A DNA stretch of 48,890 nucleotides from Promethearchaeota archaeon (GCA_048939245.1 JBHLPR010000012.1:1-48890), one strand, 5' to 3'; counted from the first letter of the stretch, positions 29,002 to 38,305 are shown. A program made the numbers and translations. Notes: generated by a model from the sequence alone, not told the origin.

Positions 29002-29990
29002 GGCCCCCATTTGATTTCGACTTGATCCAAACGCCATTTAGGTCGAATTTGACTTTTCGAGAGAGGCGTCGTTTTCTTTGCATTAAGCAATAGTAACCCA
29101 TTATAGGCAATCATGGCTCCGTTGTCCCCAGCGTATTTTCGGGGCACCGCAGCGAAGCGAGCAGATTGTTCCGTGGCTACGATTTGTAGCATTTCTTTTA
29201 GTCTAGCATTTGCCGCTACCCCACCAGTCACGATCATCTCTTTACGTTGAGTATGGGCAAGGGCACGTTCTGCTACTTCCGCCACCATAGAAAACGCTGT
29301 TTCCTGAAGGCTATAACAGACATCTTCAAGGTCTATCCCCTTTTCTAGAAGCTGTTTTGCCGCAGTCAATAGACCAGAGAATGCCAGATCCATACCCTTC
29401 ACCGTGTATGGAAGCGTATGATACCCATTACGCGTTTGTTTGGCAATTTCTTCAATTTTTGGCCCCCCAGGGTGGGCGAGATTGGCTGCTCGAGCAAACA
29501 TATCTAACATATTTCCCAGAGCAATATCAAGCGTCTCACCGAAAATTCGATATCGGTGACCTGCGAGAGTAGTGATCTGCGTATTTCCCCCTGACAAATA
29601 GATGACCAACGGTTTTTCGGCTTGACAAAAGAACCGGGCTTGTTCGATATGGGCAACGCAATGATTTACCCCGAGTAGTGGAATGTTTAGGCTTTTTGAA
29701 AGGCATCGGGCAATAACCGCACCTACACGAAGGGAAGGAGGAAGGCCAGGTCCTTGCGAAAACGCAATTGCTTTCACTTGGTGAACCGAAATGCCAGCCT
29801 GGTTGAATACGTCCTCTAAAATTCCAAGAATGCGTGCCTGGTGGTGTTCTGCAGCTTCTCGAGGGTGAATTCCACCCTCTTGGGGAGTATACACGGCCTT
29901 GGACTCAGCGATAATTTGCCCTTCACTGTCCACTATGCCAACGCCGAGTGTGTGGGCCGTGCTTTCAAGACCTAATACTACCATCTTCAT
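28998..29990 (-). CDS. kae1: tRNA N6-threonylcarbamoyltransferase Kae1
   Basis: GLESTAHT, GGIHP, NHCVAHIE, SGGNTQ, DNGAMIA. Confidence 0.96.
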   Translation of the reverse strand: MKMVVLGLESTAHTLGVGIVDSEGQIIAESKAVYTPQEGGIHPREAAEHHQARILGILEDVFNQAGISVHQVKAIAFSQGPGLPPSLRVGAVIARCLSKSLNIPLLGVNHCVAHIEQARFFCQAEKPLVIYLSGGNTQITTLAGHRYRIFGETLDIALGNMLDMFARAANLAHPGGPKIEEIAKQTRNGYHTLPYTVKGMDLAFSGLLTAAKQLLEKGIDLEDVCYSLQETAFSMVAEVAERALAHTQRKEMIVTGGVAANARLKEMLQIVATEQSARFAAVPRKYAGDNGAMIAYNGLLLLNAKKTTPLSKSQIRPKWRLDQVEIKWGP

Positions 29991-30069
29991 CCAACCAAAC
30001 CTAGCGTTGAATGGTGTTTTATAGGACAGGAGAATTGTCGATTACTACAAAAGTAGTGGGGGTTTGCGT

Positions 30070-30252
30070 CTAAGTTTCTTTCTGCTTTTCCTTTTTGGAG
30101 GGTTTAAATTCTGTAAACCCACATTTGCCACAGTGGAAGCGATTATCATGTTCAGCCATGAACGTTCCTTCTCCACAACGTGAACAATAACGGCGTTTGC
30201 GTTCTAGTTTACCATCTTTTCCAGCAGAGTAATAATCGTGAGTCTTTGACAT
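30070..30252 (-). CDS. rps27ae: 30S ribosomal protein S27ae (eS31)
   Basis: [23 protein letters not shown] zinc ribbon; no ubiquitin fusion. Confidence 0.95.
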   Translation of the reverse strand: MSKTHDYYSAGKDGKLERKRRYCSRCGEGTFMAEHDNRFHCGKCGFTEFKPSKKEKQKET

Positions 30253-30285
30253 CGGATATCACCTTTCCTTGATTTCACACATTAA

Positions 30286-30819
30286 CTAGGATTCCTTTTT
30301 CTTTTCGGGAGATGTTTTTGCCTTCTCTTCTTTAGGTTTCTGTTTATGCTTTTCCTTTTTAGGAGTCTCTTTGGCTTCCTCTTTGGCTGGTTTCGCTTTC
30401 TTTGGGGCTTCTTCTTTCTTTTGTTTTGGAGGCTCCTCTTTGACTGGTTTTTCCACTTTTTCGGTTGGTGTTTCTTTCTCAGCTTCTTTCTTTTCAGGTT
30501 TAGTTTCAGGCAGTTCAGCTGAGGGAGGTGGAGTTACGTCCTCTGAAGAGTGTCGTTTTATTATGTAGGATTGTTCTTGAGAAAGAGCGACTTCCTTTGA
30601 TGGAAAAAGGTGAGCCTTACCTTGAGAAATTGATTGCCCGTATAGACCAATGAGCTTGGTGATATAGAGTTGATCTTCTTGGCAATTTAACATGGCCGCA
30701 AGTTTTGCGCGGACATCGATACGAGGAGGAGTTGCAGTTCCGGAATGATCAACTAAGAACGTAATGTCTTGGCGATTAAGGAGGGGATTTTCGTGTTTTT
30801 CTTCAATCTTGATTTTCAT
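30286..30819 (-). CDS. rps24e: 30S ribosomal protein S24e with long Lys/Glu/Pro-rich tail
   Basis: ENPLLNRQD, TPPR, conserved gene order. Confidence 0.9.
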   Translation of the reverse strand: MKIKIEEKHENPLLNRQDITFLVDHSGTATPPRIDVRAKLAAMLNCQEDQLYITKLIGLYGQSISQGKAHLFPSKEVALSQEQSYIIKRHSSEDVTPPPSAELPETKPEKKEAEKETPTEKVEKPVKEEPPKQKKEEAPKKAKPAKEEAKETPKKEKHKQKPKEEKAKTSPEKKKES

Positions 30820-31366
30820 CTTTTTGCACCATTTCCTGCAGTATTTTGTCAACCGCCTGTTTATGCTCAGCTGTTACTTTGATGACTACGACGCCCTTGT
30901 CAGGGAGCCCATAAACCACAGCAGATCCAGTGGGTGCAAGTGCCACTGCGGGCAGTGCCGTTAGGTCCTCTTCGCCCTCTATTAAGAGTTTCGCAGTTTT
31001 CCCTGATTTACCTGCTATCAGGGCAAGTTCGATGGCAATCCACACCTCAGGACGAATTTCCGCAGCGGCATTTTTTGCCGTAAAGGTCACATCCGAGTGA
31101 ATATCAAATTCGACTGGATCGTTGCGTTTAGTTTTTCCATCTAATATTGAGAGGGTTGCTTGGCAATCTACTTTAGCGAGGTTAATTGAAACAAGGTCGC
31201 CAACGGCAATGACTGGGGCTAATTTGTGTTTACGAATGTATGCACAGGCATCGGTTGCTGCAGCTATCCCAGGCTGAGAAAATAGTTCGCCCTTAGGTCC
31301 TCTCAGGGATTGGCGAAGGTGCTCGGGGAGTACAAGAATATGTTGTCGCAGCTGCTTGGCAGCCAA
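30803..31366 (-). CDS. GTP-dependent dephospho-CoA kinase (DUF359)
   Basis: VGD, DGKTKR, GEEDL, YGLPDKG. Confidence 0.9.
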   Translation of the reverse strand: MAAKQLRQHILVLPEHLRQSLRGPKGELFSQPGIAAATDACAYIRKHKLAPVIAVGDLVSINLAKVDCQATLSILDGKTKRNDPVEFDIHSDVTFTAKNAAAEIRPEVWIAIELALIAGKSGKTAKLLIEGEEDLTALPAVALAPTGSAVVYGLPDKGVVVIKVTAEHKQAVDKILQEMVQKDENQD

Positions 31367-31375
31367 CTAATTCAC

Positions 31376-31564
31376 CTAACGTACTTGGAGGGCATATTCT
31401 CCATCTTTGGTGATGTTGAGTTTTTTAGCAATCATCGAGTGTTCCGGATCAAAAATTAAGACGAGCCCTGAAAAGCTCTCAGAGAGGTTTGTACTTTTAC
31501 ATACTGGGCAATGCGATTTGGTTGTCATGACATGACAGACTTTGCACGCTTTTCGTTTTGCCAT
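31376..31564 (-). CDS. spt4: Transcription elongation factor Spt4 (RpoE'')
   Basis: ACKVC...CPVC, SMIAK, GEYAL. Confidence 0.94.
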   Translation of the reverse strand: MAKRKACKVCHVMTTKSHCPVCKSTNLSESFSGLVLIFDPEHSMIAKKLNITKDGEYALQVR

Positions 31565-31612
31565 TTAAATCACCAGTTGGGGTGTTGCGGGTTGGGAATC
31601 GTTGGAAAGAAT

Positions 31613-32215
31613 TTACTTTTCCTTGTCCTTTCCTTCTTTCTTTTTCTCCGCTTTGCGTTTTGATTCAATTAATTTCGCTATTTCTTCTTTAATCCACTCA
31701 AACTTACCTAGAAAAGGCTGTCGCATTGTCAATCCTAATTTTCCACTTCGAGCCCCGCCATCGATGCTGACCGCGACAATTCGGGTGCGAACTAAATCGC
31801 CTTCGGTGATAACTCGACCAGTTTCTTTGCCGACAAGTGCAGCCCTTCGAGGATCATAAGAGAAGAAGTCATCGGTTATTTGGCTTACATGACATAATCC
31901 ATCAAGGGGACCTAATCGGATGAAGGCGCCGAAATCAACAACTTCCACGACTTCCCCTTGGGTGAGGAAATTTACTTTTGGTTCAAAGATGAGGATGGTG
32001 AGTGTCACGTCATGATAGGTAGCTCCATCACCAGGAATGATTTTGCCCACACCAATATCGAGTACTTCAGTGACGGCGATGATAAAGCCGAGGTCGACAT
32101 CGATGATGCCTTCGTATTGCTCGCGGAGAATTTCTTCGGCAACTTCGTAAAGGTCTTCACTAAATCGATTTGGCGGAATGCGCACATGCCCTTTTATGGT
32201 GACAGCTTGATAGAT
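31613..32215 (-). CDS. rpoE1: RNA polymerase subunit Rpo7 (RpoE'); apparent ATC start
   Basis: VRIPP, GKIIPGDG, FGAFIRLGPLDGLCHVSQ, LTMRQPFLGK. GGAGG lies 7 nt before ATC-TAT at the position of the usual MY start. Confidence 0.93.
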   Translation of the reverse strand: MYQAVTIKGHVRIPPNRFSEDLYEVAEEILREQYEGIIDVDLGFIIAVTEVLDIGVGKIIPGDGATYHDVTLTILIFEPKVNFLTQGEVVEVVDFGAFIRLGPLDGLCHVSQITDDFFSYDPRRAALVGKETGRVITEGDLVRTRIVAVSIDGGARSGKLGLTMRQPFLGKFEWIKEEIAKLIESKRKAEKKKEGKDKEK

Positions 32216-32253
32216 AGTCTTGCCTCCGATTTCGGACGGATTACAAGTATGGC

Positions 32254-32266
32254 TGATAAGCTTTTC
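32254..32266 (-). promoter_or_regulatory. BRE/TATA-like promoter of rpoE1
   Basis: GAAAAGCTTATCA resembles other promoters in the window (e.g. GAAAAAGCTTTAAAT). Confidence 0.45.
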
Positions 32267-32303
32267 TATTGAATTGGAATCGCAGCCTTTTTTACCGGCA
32301 ATA

Positions 32304-32747
32304 TTATTCGGCAAAGGCAAGAGTCGCGAGTTTTCGTAAAAATATGGCTCGTGAACCCTGCTTAACGAGTTTGCGACGTAGTTGAGCATCATTTGTAGCC
32401 ACAATAGCACCTGTGTGCTGTGCAAAGCGCAGAAGTGCTGAATCAGCATCGAGGTCCCGTATTGATTGGGGGACATCTTCTACGATCTGGCAATATTGTT
32501 CAACTAACATCTGTGAGCTCTTTGCAGCCCTTTGTTCTTTGGATGCCCCTTTCATTTCCAGCCACTTCAATTCAGAGAGGATTTGTGGAAGAATTAGAAA
32601 CGATACTTGCGAACCTACCAGACGTGGAATCTCTTCGAAAATATCTATTTGGCGTTGAAATGGAAGGAGAAGAAAGTTGGTGTCCAAAAGCACCTTGGTC
32701 CCTTGGGAAAAAGTAGTATCATTCGGCAACGACGGTGCCCCATCCAA
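32304..32747 (-). CDS. PIN domain nuclease (Utp24/Fcf1-like)
   Basis: LLDTNFL, EL, DADSAL, VATND; position after aIF2gamma; start uncertain. Confidence 0.88.
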   Translation of the reverse strand: MDGAPSLPNDTTFSQGTKVLLDTNFLLLPFQRQIDIFEEIPRLVGSQVSFLILPQILSELKWLEMKGASKEQRAAKSSQMLVEQYCQIVEDVPQSIRDLDADSALLRFAQHTGAIVATNDAQLRRKLVKQGSRAIFLRKLATLAFAE

Positions 32748-33978
32748 TTAGTCGCCACCGCATTTCGATTTGACGGCTAATCGCTACTCTTTGATTAGGA
32801 ATAACAGCCACGGGTTTTCGGAGTTCAAAGATAACCTGATTTTTCGATCCGAATTTTTTGACTTGACCAACTGTTGCGGAGGACCCCACTATCAGCATCA
32901 ATGTTTCATTTGGCTTAATATTCTGGACCGCGGACTGCTTGATTGTGCCAACAACCCGCTTTAGTAGATGTGATTCCAGTGTGACTTCTTTAACAATGGG
33001 AGGTAGCTTCCCGATCGGGCCCGCAAGATTGCCAATTAAGGCATCAGCACGGGTAATTGAAGGGTCAAGGTTCGTTCCCATCCCAATCAAGCCGCTGGGA
33101 TGAGCAGTTTTGAGGGGGTTGCCAGTGCCAGTTTGAATACTTTTTACGGAAGTGCAAATCGGCTGATAGGTGAGTGGACCTTTGTCTTTTCTCTCAGGGA
33201 TACCAGGTTGGATTTCAAGTTCATCTCCCACAGAGATTTTACCTTGAATAAGCGTTCCACCAATAACGCCACCCTGTAAATCCTTGGGTCGTGTGCCCGG
33301 TTTGTTGATGTCAAAGGAGCGGGCAACATAGAATAAACCTGGTTTCTCTAAATCCCGTTTAGGAGTGGGAATGACTTCCTCAATTGTTTGAATGAGAACA
33401 TCGGTATTTGTCCCAAATATGGCAGATATTGGTATAATCGGTGCATTTTTCGCGATTGACCCTTCGACAAAGCGCTTGATTTCTTTGTAATTGGTTAGGG
33501 CTTCTTTTTCGGAGACCAATTCTACCTTGTTCTGCACAATGATGATTTTGTCAACCCCAATGATTTCCAGTGCAGCTAAATGTTCCCGCGTTTGGGGTTG
33601 TGGACATTTTTCATCAGCGGCGATCAGGAGTAATGCGCCGTCCATCAATGCGGCCCCAGAAATCATGGTGGCCATTAAGACCTCGTGACCTGGTGCATCT
33701 ACTAGTGAGATTCGTCTCAGTGGTTCAGCTTTTCCCCCACATTTTTTACATTTAGATGAGGTTGAGTAGGCTGCCGGACCGCGACATTTAGGACACTTGT
33801 AGAATTCAACGTCAGCGTATCCTAACTTGATTGAAATTCCGCGACGCAGCTCTTCAGAATGACGATCCGTCCATTCCCCGGATAATGCTTTTGCCAGTGT
33901 TGTTTTTCCGTGATCGACATGACCAACTAATCCGATGTTGACTTCAGCTTGTTTGGGCATGGTTTTTCGGGGAGGCAT
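32719..33978 (-). CDS. eif2g: Translation initiation factor aIF2 gamma
   Basis: GHVDHGKT, RGISIKLGY, DAPGHE, NKVE, WRLIGWG. Confidence 0.97.
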   Translation of the reverse strand: MPPRKTMPKQAEVNIGLVGHVDHGKTTLAKALSGEWTDRHSEELRRGISIKLGYADVEFYKCPKCRGPAAYSTSSKCKKCGGKAEPLRRISLVDAPGHEVLMATMISGAALMDGALLLIAADEKCPQPQTREHLAALEIIGVDKIIIVQNKVELVSEKEALTNYKEIKRFVEGSIAKNAPIIPISAIFGTNTDVLIQTIEEVIPTPKRDLEKPGLFYVARSFDINKPGTRPKDLQGGVIGGTLIQGKISVGDELEIQPGIPERKDKGPLTYQPICTSVKSIQTGTGNPLKTAHPSGLIGMGTNLDPSITRADALIGNLAGPIGKLPPIVKEVTLESHLLKRVVGTIKQSAVQNIKPNETLMLIVGSSATVGQVKKFGSKNQVIFELRKPVAVIPNQRVAISRQIEMRWRLIGWGTVVAE

Positions 33979-34017
33979 ATTAGATCGTCATCTCTTAGTA
34001 GCTTCTCTGTTTAATTC

Positions 34018-34413
34018 TTATGAGGCGGTGGTACTTTGCTCAATTAATTCGAGAATGGGCTTAGGACCACGGGTGATGATTTTTGCATTTACTTGCACGA
34101 TTTCATCAGTGATTTCATTACCACGAACTCGGCGTCGCCGACGTTCTCCATGGGTGGTTGGTTTATAACCGATGCCCCCTGTTAGTAGCGGACGCTTGCG
34201 GACTGCGCCATGAACATCAGGACGCATCGGTGCGCCAGTGCCGTCGCTGCCGCCAGTAATTTTGAATTGGTATCCACCAAAGCCGAGAGCATCGCCATCG
34301 ACGATTTCGCCAATTACTTTTCCTTGGAGGAGGCGGCTGCGTTGCTCGCTGAGTTCTAGCTGGATGGTTTTTCCATTCTCTGGATCACCGATGACTAAAC
34401 GAATTCGTGTCAT
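34018..34413 (-). CDS. rps6e: 30S ribosomal protein S6e
   Basis: DPENGK, ITGGSD, GERRRRRVRGN. Confidence 0.95.
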   Translation of the reverse strand: MTRIRLVIGDPENGKTIQLELSEQRSRLLQGKVIGEIVDGDALGFGGYQFKITGGSDGTGAPMRPDVHGAVRKRPLLTGGIGYKPTTHGERRRRRVRGNEITDEIVQVNAKIITRGPKPILELIEQSTTAS

Positions 34414-34552
34414 TTCAGAACCTCGTTGTATGCGTTGATTGGGTTGTCGCTTCTACTTTATGTAGCGGATTGCGATAAATTCGTAGCATGGGATAGGCGC
34501 TTATCAATCTTACCATCAAATGAGGGAAAGAGGGATGTTTAAGGCAGATATA

Positions 34553-36343
34553 CTAAACTCCCCAGAATGGTTGGACATGCTTCCGTTTCAATTCTAAAAA
34601 TTCTTGCAATAATTCTTGTTCATCTGAGGAGAGTTGATCGCGAAATTCCTGATTCAATCGGATTACCATGCCCTCGGGTAAATCGATGTACAGAATATCG
34701 CCTTCATCAATTTGGCGACCCACTGTGACGCCACGAATAGACACTGCCACTTCTGCACCGATTCGGGCTTGTGGAATTGTTTCACCCTTATCTTGGATTT
34801 GTTGTATGCTTCCAACCCGGCGATTCTCAGAGGTAATGAGGTTGGTTTTAGCGCTTATGCGACCAGCAATCACCTTCACACCAACCACAGCCGGATTACT
34901 TTGACGAAAGACATAGCCTGGGAGAATTTCGAATTTACCGGGGAAAACGAGTTCTTCGAGCATGGCCTCTTCGAGTTTCCGTCGTTTATCGGTCACCCAA
35001 TTTTCATACTGGTCTACGAGATCGTAGATAATTTGGCTTTGGAAAATGGGAACGCCTAAATCGTCAGCTTCTTTACGAGCATCTGGCAAAGGTCGGACAT
35101 TAAAGGCAAGGATAACAGCGACGAAAGGGTCGTTCTCATATACTGCCGAAACGGCCTTCACTTCTTTTTTCGAGATATCGCCGATATCCGCTCTTCGGAT
35201 GGGGATATCTCGTTCTTTTAGGTAGTCAATGAGAGCCTCCAATGAGCCCAGAGTATCCGCCTTGAGTAAGACTCCGATTTTATCTGTTTCTATTCGAACG
35301 GCTTCCATGTCTTGAATGATTCGCTCTCGAAGGGTCGCAATTTCTTCGTCAGAATTGGCTACGAATAACCCACCCCCTGCAATCGCATCTTCTAATTCGG
35401 GGGCAGCGATTTTAATTCCAGCAGCAGCTATCACTTCTTTCACTGGCGAGAAGCGTTCCCGAGGATCACGAATCTCATCAAGTGGCTTAGGCATGAGCAA
35501 GGCACGAACGTGTGTAACTATTGGTTCAGGAAGGCCCCCAACGACGATGGTGTCGCCATGATTAAGCACTCCATCATAGATGATGGTGTCAATGGTGACT
35601 CCGAGACCAGGCTCTTCTTTAACTTCAAGAACTACCCCCTTTGCGGGTCCTTCCGTAGTTTGTAATTGTTCCTCCAGATACTGTTGTGCTAAACCAATAA
35701 GCACTAAGAGTAATTCTGACAAGCCCTCTCCACTTTTAGCACTGGTTGGGACAATTGCTACGGTTTTAGCAAAGTCGGTGATACGGTCATAGCGATCTGC
35801 TTGAATATTTTCGCGTGAAAGTTCACCCATTACTTCATAGATTTTATTATCTAACTCAGTTCTGACGTATTCGGATTGGGCTTTGCTGGATTCGGTTAGT
35901 ACCCAGGTATCCTGGGACTTCCAACCGGGTAATCGATCGACTTTGTTTAGTGCGATTAGAAAAGGAGTTTTGCGGGCGCGGAGAATCCGAAGAGACTCAT
36001 AGGTTTGAGGTTGAAGCCCATCAACGATATCGATGACCAGAATAGCAATATCCGCGACTGCCCCACCGCGCTTGCGCAGATTGAAAAAAGCAGCATGACC
36101 GGGCGTGTCAATAATTAATAACCCAGGGAGGTTGAGAACGCGCTTAAACGTCTTCATAAGCGGCCCTACAAGTTCTTTTACTGTAGATAACGGAAAGAAA
36201 CTAGCTCCTATTTGCTGAGTAATCCCACCGGCTTCCCGCGCTTGCACCCCAGTTCCCCGAATTTTATCAAGTAGGCTTGTTTTTCCTGTGTCGATATGAC
36301 CTAACATGGTAACGATGGGCTGGCGAACATGCATCGGTGACAT
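34553..36343 (-). CDS. infB: Translation initiation factor aIF5B (IF-2)
   Basis: RQPIV, GHIDTGKT, GGITQQIGA, DTPGH, NKVD, KADTLGSLEA. Confidence 0.97.
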   Translation of the reverse strand: MSPMHVRQPIVTMLGHIDTGKTSLLDKIRGTGVQAREAGGITQQIGASFFPLSTVKELVGPLMKTFKRVLNLPGLLIIDTPGHAAFFNLRKRGGAVADIAILVIDIVDGLQPQTYESLRILRARKTPFLIALNKVDRLPGWKSQDTWVLTESSKAQSEYVRTELDNKIYEVMGELSRENIQADRYDRITDFAKTVAIVPTSAKSGEGLSELLLVLIGLAQQYLEEQLQTTEGPAKGVVLEVKEEPGLGVTIDTIIYDGVLNHGDTIVVGGLPEPIVTHVRALLMPKPLDEIRDPRERFSPVKEVIAAAGIKIAAPELEDAIAGGGLFVANSDEEIATLRERIIQDMEAVRIETDKIGVLLKADTLGSLEALIDYLKERDIPIRRADIGDISKKEVKAVSAVYENDPFVAVILAFNVRPLPDARKEADDLGVPIFQSQIIYDLVDQYENWVTDKRRKLEEAMLEELVFPGKFEILPGYVFRQSNPAVVGVKVIAGRISAKTNLITSENRRVGSIQQIQDKGETIPQARIGAEVAVSIRGVTVGRQIDEGDILYIDLPEGMVIRLNQEFRDQLSSDEQELLQEFLELKRKHVQPFWGV

Positions 36344-36504
36344 CTCATTAAAACGTCGTCCATAACTGGGGTGAGCTCTAAATTGGTTCGACAAGATTAC
36401 GCTATTTAAGGCTTATGTCCTTAGACGTTAAATTCAACCATATTTTTCACCGAGAGAAGCCTTTTTGTGCGGCAAATTGGTTGTGCCTTCTCAAGGTGTG
36501 CCCA

Positions 36505-37173
36505 ATGGAACAGACTCTACTCATCTTAAAACCTGATGCCACTATGCGGAGAGGTGTAGGTGCCGCGGTGTTCGAGCAGCTCCTGAGCGCCTTGCCAGAT
36601 GCCCAGTTGAAAGGGTGGTTAGAAATTGCAGTTCCTTTGCATCTAGCAGAAAAACATTACGCCATTCATGAAGGCAAGTTTTTCTATCCATGGCTACTGC
36701 AATTCATTCAGGTCGGCAATGTTCTGGTTACCGTTTTAGAGGGCGAAAACATCGTTGCTCGGCTTAGAGAAGTGCTTGGTGCCACTTTCGTCGAAAAAGC
36801 CAGTTCAGACAGTCTTCGTGGAAAATACGGGATTGTTGGAGGTGTCAACGTTGCTCATGCATCAGATGAACCAGCAAACGCGAAGAAAGAAATTCTCCTC
36901 TGGCAACAAGAAGCCCAACTTGATCTCAATCAGAACGGACTTGACTCTATTCAAGCCTACATTGCCAAATGGACAGAAACACCGATAACTGCTACCGAAC
37001 AAATTCGACAAATCTGTCAAGAGTATGCTAGCGGATATTGTAATCGGGAAAACTACCAGGGAGAAATTTCTGAGCTCCTTATCGAAGAATGTCCAGATTG
37101 GACACGCCAAGAGCTCGATAAGCTGGCTAATGCAATATTAGGTAACATGGATTTAGACCGTAATAAAATCTGA
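36505..37173 (+). CDS. ndk: Nucleoside diphosphate kinase with C-terminal extension
   Basis: LILKPD, HYAIH, GAT, LRG, NVAHASD. Confidence 0.88.
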   Translation: MEQTLLILKPDATMRRGVGAAVFEQLLSALPDAQLKGWLEIAVPLHLAEKHYAIHEGKFFYPWLLQFIQVGNVLVTVLEGENIVARLREVLGATFVEKASSDSLRGKYGIVGGVNVAHASDEPANAKKEILLWQQEAQLDLNQNGLDSIQAYIAKWTETPITATEQIRQICQEYASGYCNRENYQGEISELLIEECPDWTRQELDKLANAILGNMDLDRNKI

Positions 37174-37222
37174 AAATCAATTAGATTATGTTCAAGGGCA
37201 AGGCAATGAAGAGCAGAGGAAT

Positions 37223-37573
37223 CTACTTTTTCTTGGAAGTGGATTGCTTTGAAGCTTTTTCTGTTTTCTTGTCGATTTTAGGCTTCGATTCCTTCTTCTT
37301 TGCCTTAGTCTCTTTCTTCGCCTTGGTTTTAGGCTTAACTTTGGACTTTGGTTTTTTCTTTTTCTTTTTCGCTGATTGGGCCCGACGACGTAACCGTTCT
37401 TCATATACTTCGGTCCATTTTAGACGTCGTGCGGTGCGCTTCAGTATGGTTTGACTTCGGCGACATTTACTCGAACACAGATAAAAGAGGCTCCCGTCAT
37501 TCTTAACGTAAATCGAACCAGTACCAGGTTCAATGTCTGTTCCGCAAAAGCTACAGGTGTATTTTTTGACCAT
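37223..37573 (-). CDS. rpl24e: 50S ribosomal protein L24e with Lys-rich tail
   Basis: CSFCG...PGTG...CSSKC...WT. Confidence 0.95.
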   Translation of the reverse strand: MVKKYTCSFCGTDIEPGTGSIYVKNDGSLFYLCSSKCRRSQTILKRTARRLKWTEVYEERLRRRAQSAKKKKKKPKSKVKPKTKAKKETKAKKKESKPKIDKKTEKASKQSTSKKK

Positions 37574-37596
37574 TTGTTTTTCCAGCCTATCGCGTT

Positions 37597-37812
37597 CTAA
37601 GGAGTTCGTATCTTTCGTGCTTCGCGCTCAGTTTCTCGGAGGACTAGCACATCGCCTTCACGAATTGGACCCTTGACGTTTCGGGTGAGAATGCGGCCTT
37701 GATCACGACCTTCCAATACACGGACCCGTACTTGGATGATTTCCCCAGTGAGCCCAGTTCGACCGACGACCTGGACGACTTCTGCCGGAATGCCCGTGTC
37801 CTCTGAACTCAT
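37597..37812 (-). CDS. rps28e: 30S ribosomal protein S28e
   Basis: [22 protein letters not shown]. Confidence 0.97.
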   Translation of the reverse strand: MSSEDTGIPAEVVQVVGRTGLTGEIIQVRVRVLEGRDQGRILTRNVKGPIREGDVLVLRETEREARKIRTP

Positions 37813-37837
37813 TTCTGTTCCACCTATTCACTGGCGC

Positions 37838-38206
37838 TTATTTTTTCAGGTCCTTCAATTTCTTGGTCAGATCGTCGATGAGCTTCTGTGCGTCTCCTGC
37901 CTCAATAATGGCTGCTGAAGCAGAGGGAACATCGATACCTAGTGCAGCTCCAACCTTGTTTTTGCTGGCGACGTAGATGTAGGGAATATTCTTTTCTTCG
38001 CACATAACGGGAAGATGAAAGACGATTTCGGGAGGATCCACATCTTCAGCTATAACAACAAATTTCGAGATTGCGCGTTCAACAGCTTTGGTGGTTTCGT
38101 TTGTGCCTTTCCGAACCTTACCAGTATCCCGTGCAATTTCAATTATCTCATATGCAATATCTTGCAGTTCTTTTGGTGCAGTAAATTTTACATGTGGCTT
38201 TGACAA
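37838..38206 (-). CDS. rpl7ae: 50S ribosomal protein L7Ae
   Basis: [24 protein letters not shown]; TTG start after GAGGTG. Confidence 0.97.
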   Translation of the reverse strand: MSKPHVKFTAPKELQDIAYEIIEIARDTGKVRKGTNETTKAVERAISKFVVIAEDVDPPEIVFHLPVMCEEKNIPYIYVASKNKVGAALGIDVPSASAAIIEAGDAQKLIDDLTKKLKDLKK

Positions 38207-38241
38207 CAAGAACACCTCATGGTGTATTCATCGGGTCTTGT
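38206..38241 (-). promoter_or_regulatory. K-turn in rpl7ae 5' UTR overlapping the Shine-Dalgarno site
   Basis: CC-GAU-GA-AU-ACACC-AU-GA-GG, with ACAAGA/UCUUGU closing pairs. Confidence 0.7.
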
Positions 38242-38305
38242 CATGACCAACAGCCGGTAATATATCGACCCGTGGCTGTGGCGACAAAGTAGCAAACAAC
38301 ACGGC

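Noticed and set aside
32216-32476. 87-aa N-terminal extension of RpoE1 in the ORF track
   Set aside because: Overlaps the PIN gene out of frame and is unlike any Rpo7 N-terminus
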